Below are positions 50,577 through 60,072 of a stretch of DNA of 64,000 nucleotides, piece by piece (position 1 is the first letter of the stretch; every line of letters starts with the position of its first letter). The DNA is from an uncultured virus (IMG/VR IMGVR_UViG_3300050513_000092) (lineage: Duplodnaviria > Heunggongvirae > Uroviricota > Caudoviricetes): IMG/VR virus record IMGVR_UViG_3300050513_000092; one strand, written 5' to 3'. Both the position numbers and the translations under genes were made by a program. The notes below the pieces were generated by a model. The model made no database searches. It had not been told where the DNA came from and worked only from the letters and a program-made list of their open reading frames with translations.

Positions 50577-53330
50577 ATGGCCTTCACGGGGCAGCTCGGC
50601 ACTGACGACAGCCAGCTCGGCGACATCGAGCTGGGGCTCGTCCCATCGGGGGGCGACAGCACTCCATCGGGCTCAGACTCCGGCTCTGGTACGGATGACG
50701 CGACTCTCGCTGTCGCAGTCAGCGATTCGGACTCCGGATCCGGTGCAGATGACGCCTCGGGCGGCGTCGCGGTCAGCGATTCCGACTCCGGTACAGGGTC
50801 CGACAACTCATCGAAGGAGATCGACGGCCTCGTCACCGAGGCTGGGACGGGTGTCGACAGCGCCATAGGCGGGTTCCAGGGCCAGACCTCGGAATCCGGC
50901 CACGGGACAGACTACGCCGCGATCGACAGCCCTGGACCGAGTGAGTCTGCTGCTGGATCAGACAGCGCACACGTCACGAAGTTCGGCGCGGACACGATCT
51001 CGGCCTGCGGCCCCTATTCCGGGCCGGTGCAGATCCTCTACGACGGGATCGATATCACGGCCTGCGTGCTGTTTGGGCAAACCAGCTTCAAGAGCGCAGC
51101 GAATGGTGCGGTCGGCACCTGCGAGATCCGGGTCAAGGACGTGGGCCATGCGTTCGGGTTCGTCGCAGGTCGCAGTCTCGAGCTGCGGATCAACGACGTG
51201 CGCGAATGGGCCGGATTCGTTGGCCGTGTCAAGAACGGCTACTTCTTCACCGGGTCGCTGAAGGCACCTGGCGACGTCGAGCGCTACTTCCAGCTCGACG
51301 GGGTCGACTTCAACGTCCTGTTCCAGAAGCGGATCATCTTCGACAAGGTCAAGCCGGAGACCATGCAGCTCACCACGTACCCGGCTGACACCGACGACGA
51401 CGTCGTCATCAAGGCGTACCTGGAGAACCACCTCGACCTGAGCGGCGATGGCTTGAGCACCGCTGGCATCGAGCACGTGGGCACGCCGTCGCAGGATGAC
51501 GAGATCAGCGGCTCGGCTGGCTGGACCTGGGGTCAGCTCGCTCGCTTCCTGCGCTTCAACACCGGGGCGCTCGATTACATCGACCCCGACAAGGTCATTA
51601 TCCATACCGACGTCGACACGCCAGATGCACCGTTCAGCCTGGTCGATAGCCAGCCAGCCGACAGCTCCGAGGTCAGCGCGCGCGAGGTCGAGATCGAGTT
51701 CGGCGGAGACGCGCTGCGGAACGACGCCCTGGTCTGGGGACTCGGCCAGGGGTCGGTCCTACCCGTCTTCAAGCGGACAGAGGATGCGACGTCGATCGCT
51801 GACCACAACCGCTGGCAGGTCGCCAATGTGATGACCTCCGTGTGGAAGCAGGCCACAGTCGACCGCGCGTCGAGCTCCCTCGTCTACGGATCCCCGCAGA
51901 ACAAGCGCGGTGGCAAGGATGACGCCGTCGCGGTGCGCCTGGTGACCTTCCAGCAGGGCTTCAGGGTGGGGCAGAAGGCTCAGTTCACCTCTGGGGTGTG
52001 GGGCTTCAGCGATGTGCTGCCGATCCGCTCCATGGAGATCGACTTCCCCACTCAGACCGACCCCCAGTACAGGCTGGTCCTCAGCCACGAGATCGACGAT
52101 CCATGGGCCTCGATGGATCCGTTCAAGTTCAACTTCGACGTGCCCCCCGTCGACTTCAACATCGACATCCCGCCCTTCAAGCTCCCGCCATTCAACTTCT
52201 GCGCGGGGGCGTTCGTAGATACCTTCGACAACCGCGAGATCCCGAGGTCAATCCATTACAACTGGGACGAAGAGCATCTCCCCGGTGAGCTCTTCCACTT
52301 CTTTGGGCCATCCGATGTGATCCCGTGGGGGATCACGAGTGATGGGTTTCACCAGTGGCACGTCAATCAGAGCGATGAATCTGACAGGCTCGACCTGGGG
52401 GCGGAGAGCCTGCTGGGCGGCTTCGGGGTCGGCTCAGGGTTCCTCGGCAATGGCGCTGGGTTCATGTCCTTCGATAAGGACAACGTCGTTCCGAACTTTT
52501 CCTTCGCACAGATCCACTCCAATGAGATCCCCGCCATCTGGGATGGAGATTGGACCTTTGAGACGATCGTTCACCTCAATCATCACAAGACGTTTTCCGG
52601 TGAGCATGACCGCGTTACGCTGGACATCATCGCAGGCGACGCCAACGTCGCCCTGAGCCTAAGCTTCGATCCCGGCTTCTTCGCTGGCCCGTACTCACAG
52701 TTTGGAATGCAAGAGTCGAACTCCCTTACATACGAGACCAATCCCGACGGTCTCTCTCTCGGTTATGGAATCCCTTGGCACATCAAATGGGAACACTTCC
52801 CGTCGACGGGGGTTGCTCGGGCAAAGATCTGGGAAGAGGGAAGCCTGGAGCCCGATTGGCAACTGACCGACGATGTCTTTGACTACCGGCCCTACCGCCC
52901 ATCCGATGTAGGGAGTCCGGACTTTCCAGACCTCATTATCGGCCCCGACTCTAGTCTCAGAACGGGGAGCGATCCGACCGATTACGTCAGGCTCGACTTC
53001 GAGTACATCTTCATCTACAGCCCCGATCTCGCAGTCTGCATTGATCCTCTTACCGTGCCGCCATCAGACCCAGGAATCGGTCCGGTCGCGGAACCCGGAT
53101 CGCCGCGGAGCGCACCGCCAGGCTATCCGCCGACCTACAGTTACTTCAACACCTCGGCGCCGTTTTCCCCGGGATCGACGCGCGTCTGGCTGGATGGCCT
53201 TCTGCTGCGACGTGGCGTCGACTACGACGAGGGCGACCCCTACTACGGACATTTCATCATCATCCCGGACACGATCGATGTGACCGGCAAGACGGTCCTG
53301 ATCGCTTACGATGCCGTGGTGGGAGGGTAG
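50577..53330 (+). CDS. Tail tip protein 1 (Ser/Asp repeats, hub-like core, variable insert)
   Basis: Paralogous to 53334-55139. Confidence 0.75.
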   Translation: MAFTGQLGTDDSQLGDIELGLVPSGGDSTPSGSDSGSGTDDATLAVAVSDSDSGSGADDASGGVAVSDSDSGTGSDNSSKEIDGLVTEAGTGVDSAIGGFQGQTSESGHGTDYAAIDSPGPSESAAGSDSAHVTKFGADTISACGPYSGPVQILYDGIDITACVLFGQTSFKSAANGAVGTCEIRVKDVGHAFGFVAGRSLELRINDVREWAGFVGRVKNGYFFTGSLKAPGDVERYFQLDGVDFNVLFQKRIIFDKVKPETMQLTTYPADTDDDVVIKAYLENHLDLSGDGLSTAGIEHVGTPSQDDEISGSAGWTWGQLARFLRFNTGALDYIDPDKVIIHTDVDTPDAPFSLVDSQPADSSEVSAREVEIEFGGDALRNDALVWGLGQGSVLPVFKRTEDATSIADHNRWQVANVMTSVWKQATVDRASSSLVYGSPQNKRGGKDDAVAVRLVTFQQGFRVGQKAQFTSGVWGFSDVLPIRSMEIDFPTQTDPQYRLVLSHEIDDPWASMDPFKFNFDVPPVDFNIDIPPFKLPPFNFCAGAFVDTFDNREIPRSIHYNWDEEHLPGELFHFFGPSDVIPWGITSDGFHQWHVNQSDESDRLDLGAESLLGGFGVGSGFLGNGAGFMSFDKDNVVPNFSFAQIHSNEIPAIWDGDWTFETIVHLNHHKTFSGEHDRVTLDIIAGDANVALSLSFDPGFFAGPYSQFGMQESNSLTYETNPDGLSLGYGIPWHIKWEHFPSTGVARAKIWEEGSLEPDWQLTDDVFDYRPYRPSDVGSPDFPDLIIGPDSSLRTGSDPTDYVRLDFEYIFIYSPDLAVCIDPLTVPPSDPGIGPVAEPGSPRSAPPGYPPTYSYFNTSAPFSPGSTRVWLDGLLLRRGVDYDEGDPYYGHFIIIPDTIDVTGKTVLIAYDAVVGG

Positions 53331-53333
53331 ACT

Positions 53334-55139
53334 GTGGCCCGACTCCCGAGTACCGTAGTCATTCGGTACAGAGGCACCGACATCACGGCGCACGTGATGC
53401 CCGCGACGGCGCGGTTCGAGTCGCAGATGAGCGCGGCTCCGGGATCCTTCGAGATCACCGTGCGCGACAGGGACCAGAGCCTCTCCTTCGTCAGTGGCGG
53501 AGAGATCGAGCTCGACATCGATGGTGTGCCGATGTTCGGCGGCTTTGTCACCAACATTCGCCGCAAGTACGCCTTCCCTGCTGTCGACACGAGCAACCCC
53601 GCCGCGGTGAAATCTCGGCTGTGGGTGCTGACCGGAGTCGACTACAACATCCTGTTCGACAAGCGGGTCATCCGGAACCCTGCGGACTACCTGCACCAGC
53701 TCCCGAACTTCACCTCCGAGGACTTCGACGGCGATTTGATCCGCGAAGCCCTGGCTGGCAGCCGCTACATCGATGTCCCTGCTGGATTCGACACCGATTC
53801 GCAGGTCGAAAACACCGACGCCTACCGGACATACAACTCGCGGACCAATGGGGCGATCTCGTCGGGGGCAACGACCGTCACGGTCGACGACGTCGATAAC
53901 CTGCCCGCGACCTTCCCTTTCCAGGCGATCATCAAGGATGACCCAACCACGTTCGCTAACCGGGAGATAGTCTCGATCACGGGACGCACGGGTCTAGTTT
54001 TCGACATCGTGCGTGCACAAGGTGGGTCGAGTGCGATTGCCCACGGCGATAACTCGTTTCTCCTGCACAAGTCGCCGGGGGCGTGGCCGCAGCAGGGGTC
54101 GCTGTGGCGACAGCTCATGGAGGACTTCACCCAGTTCTCCGGCGCGGGGTATTACCTGGCTGCGAACAAGGTGCTGCATCACCATGCGCTCGAGAGCCTC
54201 GAGGCCAGGTGGGGCTTCAGCGATCGCCCGAACAAGGACCCGATCACAGCCAGCCCGGTGGCGTACCAAGGAGCGACCTACGGACCGCGAGAGTTGGACG
54301 CCGTCCAGGACGGCGAGGTCATCATCAACGATGCTCTGGTGTGGGGCGGCAGCGAGTGGGCCGGAGCCGCTGGCGGAACGGTCTTCGCCAGGCGCCAGAA
54401 CACTCCATCGCAGGATGACCATGGCCGCTGGCAGACCGGCGAGGTCCACATCGGCGAGGAGGGCTTCAAGACCTCGAAGGGTGTCGCTGCTCGAGCCAAG
54501 GTCATCGTCGATGGCGGCGCAACGGTCGGCGGAGGCTTCAATCCGGGGCTGGCGTTCGAGCAGTGGAACGTGTCACTGACCTGGTTTGCCCATGACGTCC
54601 CATTCCTGTCGGGAGTGCGCGATCACCTTCGTGCGGGCCAGCTCGTCCACATCGAGCTCCAGACCTTCGCGGTCGATGACATCCCGCTCGAGCACATCCT
54701 GCCGATGCGGAGCCTGAGCGTGACCTTCCCGGCCACCAAGGGTCCAAACGAGGCCGACGACAAGGAATCCTACGTCCAGTTCGACGGCACTTTCGGCCTT
54801 CAGCTCAGCGACCCGTTCACGCTCTGGCGCTACCTGTTGCGGGCGACCAAGCTGGGCAAGGCCAATCAGGTCGTTTCAGCGGTCGACGGGACAAACCCTG
54901 CGCCGTATGGATCGGTGCTGGCGGTCGAGCCTGAGCCGCCCACCGACAGCACGACAACCACCTTCCACTTGCCAGACGGCCGCGGCTACATCGGTGGCAC
55001 GACCGAGGTCTACCTGACCGGCTCGCGCCTACGGCGCGGAGTCGACTACACCGAGAGCGATCCGATCAACGGCGTGATCGAGATGACCAATCCGCCTGAC
55101 GGCGCGGACTGGCTCTGGATCGTCTGCCGCACGACTTAG
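53334..55139 (+). CDS. Tail tip protein 2
   Basis: Shares GVD.N.LF.KR.I, NDALVWG and LRRGVDY.E.DP with the preceding gene. Confidence 0.75.
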   Translation: MARLPSTVVIRYRGTDITAHVMPATARFESQMSAAPGSFEITVRDRDQSLSFVSGGEIELDIDGVPMFGGFVTNIRRKYAFPAVDTSNPAAVKSRLWVLTGVDYNILFDKRVIRNPADYLHQLPNFTSEDFDGDLIREALAGSRYIDVPAGFDTDSQVENTDAYRTYNSRTNGAISSGATTVTVDDVDNLPATFPFQAIIKDDPTTFANREIVSITGRTGLVFDIVRAQGGSSAIAHGDNSFLLHKSPGAWPQQGSLWRQLMEDFTQFSGAGYYLAANKVLHHHALESLEARWGFSDRPNKDPITASPVAYQGATYGPRELDAVQDGEVIINDALVWGGSEWAGAAGGTVFARRQNTPSQDDHGRWQTGEVHIGEEGFKTSKGVAARAKVIVDGGATVGGGFNPGLAFEQWNVSLTWFAHDVPFLSGVRDHLRAGQLVHIELQTFAVDDIPLEHILPMRSLSVTFPATKGPNEADDKESYVQFDGTFGLQLSDPFTLWRYLLRATKLGKANQVVSAVDGTNPAPYGSVLAVEPEPPTDSTTTTFHLPDGRGYIGGTTEVYLTGSRLRRGVDYTESDPINGVIEMTNPPDGADWLWIVCRTT

Positions 55140-55211
55140 CCACCCCACCCTTACCTCAGCACGCGGGGATCCCGTGGTCGACGTGCTGCCCATTTCCGGA
55201 GGGAGTCGCCC

Positions 55212-55828
55212 ATGAAAACCGACCTGGTGGCCGCCATCAAGGTCTTCTTCACGTACAGCATCGCCACCTTCCTCATCGTCGGCACCTACTACGCGCTGGT
55301 GATCTATCCGTTCGAGCTGAGCGACAGCGTGAAGCTCTGGCTCACCGCCACCTCTGGCGGAGCGATCGCGTGGGTGTTCGGCGACCAGATCGCGAGCCGG
55401 GTGCAGCATCAGCAGCAGACGGCCTTCGACAAAGGACTCAGCGCAACGCCCAACGAGAAGCAGTAGGAGAAACCATGTTTGCAGACCTCCAGGCGCACAT
55501 CGCTGCGCTCCCCCTTGCCATCCAGCTCATCGGGCTGATGGCGGTCCTCTCGGTCTTCGACTTCGCCGCCGCTTGCGTCGCGGCCGCCCGCAAGGGCAGC
55601 TTCGAGGGTACGCGGCTCGGTCAGTGGGTCGCCACCAAGGGCCTACCGATCATCACCGTGGCCTTGCTCTACGCGCTGGATACGAGCGTGAAGCTGGTCC
55701 AGATCGATCTGGGTGGAACCCAGCTCGGCGCGTTCGGCGCCCTGGCCTATGGGCAGGCGATCACCTTTATCGCAGGTGAGGCGCTCAGCATCAAGGGTCA
55801 CCTGGCTCCAGATTCCCCAGCGGGCTGA
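55212..55828 (+). CDS. Two holin-like membrane proteins (55212-55466, 55475-55828)
   Basis: 2-3 TM helices; located after the tail genes. Confidence 0.6.
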
Positions 55829-55830
55829 GG

Positions 55831-56896
55831 TTGGCAGGGCAGAGTTACGGCCTGCCCCTGCGGTGCCTGAGTTGCGCGACACGATGGCTGGTCCCGGGCC
55901 TCAAGCCGGGGACTTGGTTTGCTGTGTTCGAGCAGAGTCGTTTCTGCCTGCTCAAGATCCCAGGGGTCAAGGCCGTACCCTGTCCGCATTGCGGTAGTCG
56001 ACTGACCGCCACGAGGAGGTAGGATGGATCCGTCACTCGTCCAGGCGGTCACGGTTCTGGGTGCCGCGGGAGTGGCACTCTGGGTCATCCGCCTCCTCGT
56101 CAGTAATCCTCCCAGCCTTCATACGCACAGCGAGGTTGAAGGTCTCCGCGCAGACAAGGCCATCCTGTCGGATGCCAACCTCGCCCTGCGGAAAGCCCTC
56201 ACCGACGTCAATAAGGACCTTGGGGAGATCTTGAAGCTCCTCCAGAATGGAAGCGGGGGCGCGAAGAGGGATGGCGGATGAGCCTGCTTGAGCGTATCCT
56301 TCGTGGGATGTTCGGACGGAAGCCGCCCGACCCCGAAGCCCGCATCGACCCGGCTGTGGCCCAGGCTGCCTCTGAGTCGCATGCCAAGATCCAGACTACC
56401 CAACAGCTCCTCTCTGAGCTGAGGTCTCGCACTGATGAAGCCCGTCTTGGTCGGGCGAGACTGATCTATGAGGAGGGGTTGTATGGCCGCAGAGGTTCCC
56501 CAGGCTGATTGGGTGCAGACCGCCAACGCGATTTTCTTCGTCGCCTTCACGGTCGCCGTCGCCTTCGGCGCCTTCACGACCACCCGGCGCCTGATCCGCT
56601 ACTGGCGGCGCGGAGAACGAGCTCCGCTCCTCCTTCTCCGTGACGTCGTCGCGCGCAACACGCTCGCCATCCCTCTCGGAGCCATCCTGCTCGCCAGGGT
56701 GTTGGTCGCTTTCGGCGTCAATCTATCCTCGCTCGGTCGCAATCCGGTATGGGTCTTCAGCACGGGCGGGATCGCGGTGCTCGGCGTGATCGTCTACGAC
56801 GTGTTCGAGGTCCTCATCGAACGGGACGACCGGGTCCGCCAGCTCGAGTGGGAGGCCGAGCAGCTCCGCAAGGGTGAGCGGATCAGCCGCCGCTAG
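55831..56896 (+). CDS. Small genes: 55831-56022 zinc ribbon, 56024-56281 TM + coiled coil, 56278-56508, 56483-56896 three-TM
   Basis: Coupled ORFs; membrane topology suggests lysis accessories. Confidence 0.55.
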
Positions 56897-57111
56897 GAGC
56901 GGAGCATCCAGCCAGCGCCCGGACGGGGCAGGTAGACCATCCCACGGTCACGCAGGATCGTCAGATGATCGAATGTACCCGTCGTCGACAGCCCCACCTT
57001 CGCCGCGATCTCGCGGACGGTGGGGCTGTATCCGTTTGCCCGGGTCAGCTCGGCGATGGCGTGGAGCACGCGCTCGCGCTGGACGTCGCCGCGGTCAGCC
57101 ATCAGTACCAC
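56893..57111 (-). CDS. LexA DNA-binding-domain-like winged HTH regulator
   Basis: NGYSPTVREIAAKVGLS...HLTILRDRGMV. Confidence 0.85.
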   Translation of the reverse strand: MVLMADRGDVQRERVLHAIAELTRANGYSPTVREIAAKVGLSTTGTFDHLTILRDRGMVYLPRPGAGWMLRS

Positions 57112-57668
57112 TTCGCGAGCTTATCGACCGCCGATACCGCCAAGACGAGGACGGCGCCCTCCGAGTAGCGCTCCGGCTTGTTGATGCGGATGGCGCGCTC
57201 CGTGAGAGCCGCGGCGACCTCGTGGAAGTGCATGCCGCGGGCGCAGAGCAGGTACATGACGTCGAACTCGCGCGGCGCGGCGCGGCGCAGCCTGCGGAAT
57301 GCGCGTTGGGTGCGGTGCCGTGGGTCGGTGATGCGGTCGACGCCGTGCGAGCACTTCATGTCGTGGCAGCGATGCTTACCCTCGATCGGGCAGGTGGGTT
57401 TGCTGCACCAGGCGCGACCATTGCAGGGCCGCTCGATGTAGTTGACGAAGTCGGAATGCAGCTCCGGGGCGCCGCCTGCGTCGATCTCAGAGCTGTGCAG
57501 TCGCTCGGGGACCTCTGAGTGCCAGGACAGCGCGAGCTGCTGGATCCACTGGGCAGTCGATTGCAGCACTTCGGGCGGGAATGAAGGAGCGGGCGCTGCT
57601 CCGTGCCCCCTGGGGAGAGCGCCCGCTACGGCTCCGGCTGACATCGCCGGGAGTATACGCGCTGTCAT
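57102..57668 (-). CDS. Putative transcription regulator (Cys-rich region + sigma region-4-like HTH)
   Basis: AFRRL...REFDVMYL...GMHFHEVAAAL. Confidence 0.5.
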   Translation of the reverse strand: MTARILPAMSAGAVAGALPRGHGAAPAPSFPPEVLQSTAQWIQQLALSWHSEVPERLHSSEIDAGGAPELHSDFVNYIERPCNGRAWCSKPTCPIEGKHRCHDMKCSHGVDRITDPRHRTQRAFRRLRRAAPREFDVMYLLCARGMHFHEVAAALTERAIRINKPERYSEGAVLVLAVSAVDKLAKWY

Positions 57669-58081
57669 GTCCTCGTCGACCAGTCTTCCGAGCCAATAAG
57701 CCTAAGCTGCCCATCGCTCACGGCGTAGGCATGCACCGGACGGTGCTGATCGAGCGCCTTCTCGACGACGTGCGCGGTGCCGCCTGTCATCTCATCTCCA
57801 TCGGGGAAGAAGGCGATGACCTGGTCTGCCGCGGCGACCATTTCGACGTCGCGCAGGAACACCTCAGAACGCCCCCCAGGCTCAGGAGCGCACTCCACCA
57901 CCTCGAAACCGAGCGCTGTGGCAAGAGAGGCCACCAGCGCCTCGAATGGCCGTAGTGGCCGTCTCAGAGGCTTGCGGACCAGAATCGAGCCCCCAGGAAT
58001 GCCCTGGAGCTGCTCGAGGACGTGCAAAGCGACCATACCGTCGAGCTCGAGGCTGCGGCTGCCGACGAATACGGTCTTCAC
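57665..58081 (-). CDS. SLOG (YspA/DUF2493-like) protein
   Basis: VFVGSR, FLRDVEMV, DQVIAFF and GGTAHVVEKA motifs. Confidence 0.7.
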   Translation of the reverse strand: MKTVFVGSRSLELDGMVALHVLEQLQGIPGGSILVRKPLRRPLRPFEALVASLATALGFEVVECAPEPGGRSEVFLRDVEMVAAADQVIAFFPDGDEMTGGTAHVVEKALDQHRPVHAYAVSDGQLRLIGSEDWSTRT

Positions 58082-58524
58082 GTCACACCGCCGACGCCAG
58101 TCCAGCCGGTCAGGATTGCCACTTCGACCCGAGGATCGTCGCGATGGCCTGTCTCGAGCCACCATGCCTGGCCCAGGAAGCGCTCGTCGTCATAGCGCGG
58201 CACGACCCGGACTCCGCGCTTGCCGTAGAGCTCGCGGGTGCCGAGTCCGATCTTGATGCCGTCGTTGATGACCTTCATGGCGTTGTCCGCATCGACAGCG
58301 CGGTTGAGGAAGAACCAGTAGCGGACCACGATGAGTCCGTGGCCGGTCTTGGGGTCGTAATGGCCGGGATCCCAGCCGCCTGGCATGGCCCGATGAGCGG
58401 CATGGCTGACGAGAAGCTGGTAGTCCGAGATGGCGCGGTCCTTGTAGACCTGCCCACTGCGGCCCTGGCGATAGAGCAGGTTCCCCGTGGGCGGCTGACC
58501 CGGGATGACGAACTGGAAGATCAT
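58078..58524 (-). CDS. rusA: RusA-like Holliday junction resolvase
   Basis: PPTGN, DADNAMKVINDG, YDDER and PRVEV motifs. Confidence 0.8.
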   Translation of the reverse strand: MIFQFVIPGQPPTGNLLYRQGRSGQVYKDRAISDYQLLVSHAAHRAMPGGWDPGHYDPKTGHGLIVVRYWFFLNRAVDADNAMKVINDGIKIGLGTRELYGKRGVRVVPRYDDERFLGQAWWLETGHRDDPRVEVAILTGWTGVGGVT

Positions 58525-58703
58525 TCCTTGAACGACTCGGTCAACAGGTCGAAGAAGACGGCTGCCAAGAAGGTCACGAGGGTGGTGGCGATGGCCCACC
58601 AGATCGGGACGACCTTGTTCGCCAACGTGAGGACGACGGCCAGCAGGTAGCCGAACGCCCCCGCGAGGATGGCGAGGGTCGCAGAGATGATGATGCGGTT
58701 CAC
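58521..58703 (-). CDS. Small two-TM protein
   Basis: Hydrophobic ORF. Confidence 0.55.
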   Translation of the reverse strand: MNRIIISATLAILAGAFGYLLAVVLTLANKVVPIWWAIATTLVTFLAAVFFDLLTESFKE

Positions 58704-59122
58704 GCGCTGCCTCCCAGCTTCCCGGAGCATGCCCGTGAGCACGTCCGTCCCAACCCCCGCTTCCAGTCCGCCCAGCGCGGCCTGAACACCTTGCCGTCGA
58801 CCGGGCAGGTCACGCGCAGCGCTGCATACTCGGCCAGCTCCTCGGGGCTCTTCAGCCCCTTCTCGCGGTTACAGCTCAGGCACGACCGCACGATGTTGTC
58901 CTTGCGGTTGGCGCCGCCGCGTGCATACGGAACGACGTGGTCGAAGCTCCCCTCCATCGGAGGCAGCTCCGTGCCGCAATAGGAGCAGAACCCATCGCTG
59001 TCGACCATGATCTCCGCCAGCTCGAATGCGGCCACCAGGCCGGGCGCTCCGAGGCGGACGGCCTTGGTATTCATGGCCGCGGCGAGTCGTACCAAACGGC
59101 GATGCAGGGCGTCCTGCGTCAC
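58700..59122 (-). CDS. HNH endonuclease
   Basis: CSYCG...DHVVPYARGG.N...N...SCLSCNREK. Confidence 0.9.
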   Translation of the reverse strand: MTQDALHRRLVRLAAAMNTKAVRLGAPGLVAAFELAEIMVDSDGFCSYCGTELPPMEGSFDHVVPYARGGANRKDNIVRSCLSCNREKGLKSPEELAEYAALRVTCPVDGKVFRPRWADWKRGLGRTCSRACSGKLGGSA

Positions 59123-60072
59123 GGGCTGATGGCCCGCCTGAGCCCTTGGCCGGAGATCACCGACCCATATCGCGCCGCAGCGATCATGCAGCGCGACAGC
59201 AGCAGGGCGATCGTGGCGTCCTCGGGAGGCACGGGAGGGGGACCTCCGCTACGAACGGCCTCGGCGAAAGCCTCGAGTTCGATCGCCAGCGGCTCGCGCT
59301 GATCCTCGATCCCAATCCGGAGAAGGCGCCCGGTCTTCGGATAGAAGTCCAGGCGGTGATTGCCGAGATCGGCTTCGAGTGTGCCGTCTTCGCCTGTGAC
59401 CACGAGCATGTGCGGGAACTTGGTCGGAGCCAGCCAGTTGATGTTCAGCGTGCCGATGACACCGTTGGCGAACCGTAGCACGCCAGCCAGGACGTCCTCG
59501 TGCTGATCGATGACCCGGCGCTCCATCTCTGCGTAGAGACGGATCGGCTCGGACCGGGTCAGGTAGCGCATCAGGTCCAGGTCATGTGGTGCCAGGTCGA
59601 CCACGACGCCCACGTCTCGGATGCGAGCGGGGAACGGGCCACTGCGGCTGGCATGGATCTCGTAGATAGGCCCCAGCTCGGGCAACATCTGCCTGAGCTG
59701 CGTGATCGCCGGGTTGAATCGCTCGATATGGCCGACCGTGAGGATGCGACCGGCGTCACGCGCAGCAGCCATCATCTCGCGTGCTTCCCCACGATCAACC
59801 GCGATCGGCTTCTCCACGAGCACGTGGCAGCCCATCTGGAGAGCAGCGATAGTCACTTCTCGATGCAGCGAGGTCGGAACCGCCACGCTGACGAGGTCGA
59901 CCCGCATCTCGGCAAGCATCGTTCGGAAGTCACTGAAGGTGAAGAGCCCCCCCGGGATCGGAATGAGTGGATCGGCCACTGCCACGAGCTCGATACTAGG
60001 GATGGTCGGCCACACGCGGGCGTGCCTCGCGCCCATGACGCCCAGGCCGATCACGGCCGCGCGTAGGGTCAC
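59119..60072 (-). CDS. Gfo/Idh/MocA NAD-dependent oxidoreductase (WbpB/GnnA-like)
   Basis: GLGVMG, VEKP, VGHIERFNPA and DLAPHDLD motifs. Confidence 0.92.
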   Translation of the reverse strand: MTLRAAVIGLGVMGARHARVWPTIPSIELVAVADPLIPIPGGLFTFSDFRTMLAEMRVDLVSVAVPTSLHREVTIAALQMGCHVLVEKPIAVDRGEAREMMAAARDAGRILTVGHIERFNPAITQLRQMLPELGPIYEIHASRSGPFPARIRDVGVVVDLAPHDLDLMRYLTRSEPIRLYAEMERRVIDQHEDVLAGVLRFANGVIGTLNINWLAPTKFPHMLVVTGEDGTLEADLGNHRLDFYPKTGRLLRIGIEDQREPLAIELEAFAEAVRSGGPPPVPPEDATIALLLSRCMIAAARYGSVISGQGLRRAISP

